In this document: in pieces, positions 43,815 through 46,106 of the stretch | Position numbering within the stretch: the first letter of the stretch is position 1 | How the letters are laid out: each line of letters begins with the position of its first letter | Assembly: GCA_964647265.1 (NCBI GenBank) | Contig: CAZYGP010000001.1 | Location: 1 to 46,106 of the forward strand | Length of the DNA stretch: 46,106 bases | Origin: an uncultured Acidimicrobiaceae bacterium | GTDB taxonomy: Bacteria > Actinomycetota > Acidimicrobiia > Spongiisociales > UBA5794 | Direction of reading: 5' to 3' | The notes under the pieces: generated by a model | What the model saw: the letters and a program-made list of their open reading frames with translations, nothing else | What the model was told of the DNA's origin: nothing | Database searches by the model: none | Position numbers and translations under genes: made by a program

Positions 43815-46106
43815 ATGCCTTCCATGACAGGGGACCCGGTCGAGACGATCGACGATCAGCCGCGTTGGCACACACTCCCCGTCTCCGATGTCGAGGACCG
43901 GCTTCGCACGAGTCGCCACGGTCTCAGCGTCGACGAGGCAGCGGCCAGGCTCGAGCACTTCGGCCCCAATGAACTCGAGGGTGAGCCTCCTCCGTCGGCC
44001 ATCGCGGTGTTCGTGAGGCAGTTCAGGAGCCCGCTGATCGCGATACTCGTCGTGGCGGCCGTCGTCACTGCCCTGTTGGATGAGTGGATCGATACGTGGG
44101 TCATCACGGCAGTTCTGCTCCTCAACGCCGTCATCGGCTTCGCACAGGAGCGACGGGCAGAGGAATCGGTGCGTGCCCTGCAATCGCTTGCCGCACCCCA
44201 GGCTCGAGTCATCCGGAACGGGCACGAGCGTCACATCGAGAGCCGTTATCTCGTTCCCGGCGACTTCGTCCTCCTCGAGAGCGGTGTGCGTGTTCCGGCA
44301 GATCTGCGCCTGGTCACGACCATGGCCCTACGAATCGACGAGTCCCTCCTGACGGGGGAATCCGTCCCGGTGGCGAAAGACATCGATGTCGTCGACGACG
44401 ACACCCAGCTCGCCGACAGGACCTCGATGGCGTATTCGGGATCTATCGTCGCCTCCGGTCGTGGCCGAGGATATGTCGTGGCGACGGGTGGTACGAGCCA
44501 GCTCGGCGCCATCGCGGAACTCATGCGGGGGGAGAAGTCCCCCCAGAGTCCCCTCCAGATCCGGATGACCCGACTCGCGCACCTCATCGGCCTCATCATC
44601 GTCGCAGCATCGGTCGGTACCTTCGTCATCGGGGTCCTCGCCAACCAGCCGCCGTCCGTCATGCTCAGGTTCGCGGTCGCCATGGCGGTCAGTGCGATTC
44701 CCGAGGGACTGCCTGTCGTGCTCACCATCACGCTGGCCGTCGGGGTCCAGCGCATGGCGCACCGGAATGCGCTGATCCGGCGGCTTGCCGCCGTCGAGAC
44801 ACTCGGGAGCACCACCGTCATCGGTTCGGACAAGACCGGCACCCTGACCGAGAACAGGATGACCGTGCAGAGCATCTGGGCAGGGGGGAGACAGTGGCAG
44901 GTCGACCAGTCTCGCCTGTCCACCGACCGGACGGACTCCCTGCGACGAGCGCTCATGGCTGGTGTGCTCACGAACGAGGCGGAGCTCTACCTCGAGGATG
45001 GCGTCGAACGAACCTCAGGTGATCCCACCGAGGTAGCGCTCCTGGTCGCCGCAGCGCGATGTGGCATGGAGCCTGCGATCGTCAGGGACCGCTTCACGAC
45101 CACCGCCGAGGTGCCGTTCGAGTCAGAGCGCGGCTACTCCGCGGCCTTCGGGACGCTCGAAGGACGACCGATGGTCTTCGTCAAGGGCGCGCCGGAGCGA
45201 ATCATCGAGATGTCGACGACGATGATCGGGAGCAACGGCGCCACGGACATCGACCGAGGACTGCTCTTGGGGGTCGCAAACGACATGGCGGCCAACGGCC
45301 TTCGCGTGCTGGCGATTGCGGAAGGCGAAGACGAAGACCATCAGAGCGTCGAACGGGAGCTGGACGGGGCCAGCCTCACCGTGCTGGGGCTCCAGGGCAT
45401 GCTCGACCCACCGCGATCCGGCGTGGCGGATGCGGTCGCAGGATGCAAGCGAGCGGGCATACGGCCGATCATGATCACCGGCGACCACGCCGCGACAGCC
45501 CTGTCGATCGCCGAGCGGATCGGCATCGCCGACTCCGGATCCGAAGCTCTCACGGGTGCAGAGATCGACGACTTGACCGACGAGGAACTCACCGACCGGG
45601 TGCCGGGGATCTCGGTGTTCGCCCGCATGACGCCGGAGCACAAGTTGCGGGTGGTACAGGTCCTCCGACGCGCCGGTCAGGTGGTCGCAGTCACAGGTGA
45701 CGGTGTCAACGACGCACCTGCGCTCCGCGCGGCCGATATCGGGATTGCCATGGGCAAGGACGGCACCGATGTCGCTCGCGAGGCCTCCGATATGGTCCTC
45801 ACCGACGACAACTTCACCAGCATCTACGCCGCCGTCCACGAGGGTCGGGTCGTCTTCGACAACGTGCGCAAGGTCACGTTCTTCCTGCTGTCGACCGGCG
45901 CGGCGGGGATCGTGGCCCTCACGTCGGGGCTGATACTCGGATGGCCGTTGATCATGCTGCCGACGCAGATCCTCTGGCTCAACCTCGTCACCAACGGGGT
46001 CCAGGACGTCGCGATGGCGTTCGAACCCGCAGAGCCCGGTGTCCTCGATCGGTCGCCACGTCCGGCCCGCGAGGGCGTCATGAGCCGGCTGCTGTGGAAA
46101 CGCACC
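43815..46106 (+). CDS. Cation-transporting P-type ATPase (P2/Ca-type-like), 3' end beyond the window
   Basis: This gene is absent from the supplied ORF track because the frame has no stop before the window end. A GGAG RBS lies 5 nt before the ATG at 43815. GLSVDEAAARLEHFGPNEL, LTGESVPV, DKTGTLTENRM (44829), MITGDH and VAVTGDGVNDAPAL are present. Confidence 0.85.
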   Translation, partial: MPSMTGDPVETIDDQPRWHTLPVSDVEDRLRTSRHGLSVDEAAARLEHFGPNELEGEPPPSAIAVFVRQFRSPLIAILVVAAVVTALLDEWIDTWVITAVLLLNAVIGFAQERRAEESVRALQSLAAPQARVIRNGHERHIESRYLVPGDFVLLESGVRVPADLRLVTTMALRIDESLLTGESVPVAKDIDVVDDDTQLADRTSMAYSGSIVASGRGRGYVVATGGTSQLGAIAELMRGEKSPQSPLQIRMTRLAHLIGLIIVAASVGTFVIGVLANQPPSVMLRFAVAMAVSAIPEGLPVVLTITLAVGVQRMAHRNALIRRLAAVETLGSTTVIGSDKTGTLTENRMTVQSIWAGGRQWQVDQSRLSTDRTDSLRRALMAGVLTNEAELYLEDGVERTSGDPTEVALLVAAARCGMEPAIVRDRFTTTAEVPFESERGYSAAFGTLEGRPMVFVKGAPERIIEMSTTMIGSNGATDIDRGLLLGVANDMAANGLRVLAIAEGEDEDHQSVERELDGASLTVLGLQGMLDPPRSGVADAVAGCKRAGIRPIMITGDHAATALSIAERIGIADSGSEALTGAEIDDLTDEELTDRVPGISVFARMTPEHKLRVVQVLRRAGQVVAVTGDGVNDAPALRAADIGIAMGKDGTDVAREASDMVLTDDNFTSIYAAVHEGRVVFDNVRKVTFFLLSTGAAGIVALTSGLILGWPLIMLPTQILWLNLVTNGVQDVAMAFEPAEPGVLDRSPRPAREGVMSRLLWKRT

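Overview
This is a high-GC, actinobacterial-type window. Bases 1-47 exactly copy the 3' 47 nt of an initiator tRNA-Met gene at 41919-41993 (minus strand). An intact excisionase/tyrosine-integrase module lies beside that tRNA, and near-identical pairs of 11-bp-spaced GTTTGACAC repeats sit just inside both ends. Formally, 1-41965 is therefore an integrated element bounded by attL/attR; only 41966-46106 is ordinary flank (an MBL-fold hydrolase and a P-type ATPase that runs off the window).

The element is a mosaic. About 2.5 kb at each end is MGE-like. The left end holds a decayed second integrase and a truncated DUF559-UvrD helicase. The right end holds an HTH gene, xis, int and a Cys-rich ORF. 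Between them lies about 36.8 kb of chromosome-like cargo that begins inside a GH15 gene fragment and ends inside an SLC13 permease fragment.

The cargo has a redox and glucose-to-NADPH theme:
- ergothioneine genes egtA-egtB-egtD, without egtC or egtE
- a GH15 glucoamylase followed by tkt-tal-gnd-zwf and a histidine phosphatase, with zwf carrying an in-frame TAG
- ppgK and an NAD(P)HX epimerase
- a flavoprotein disulfide reductase
- a Rieske-TPP fusion enzyme
- many thioredoxin-fold/CxxC proteins: two TlpA-like, CcdA, two DsbA-like (one frameshifted), one Prx-like, one AhpD-like, and two DUF3179 lipoproteins with a CPLC motif

The least explained piece is a tandem pair of paralogous, Cys-free, Met-rich membrane proteins (5745-7305) embedded among the TlpA/CcdA/DUF3179 genes. 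All family assignments come from motif recognition by eye; no searches were run.
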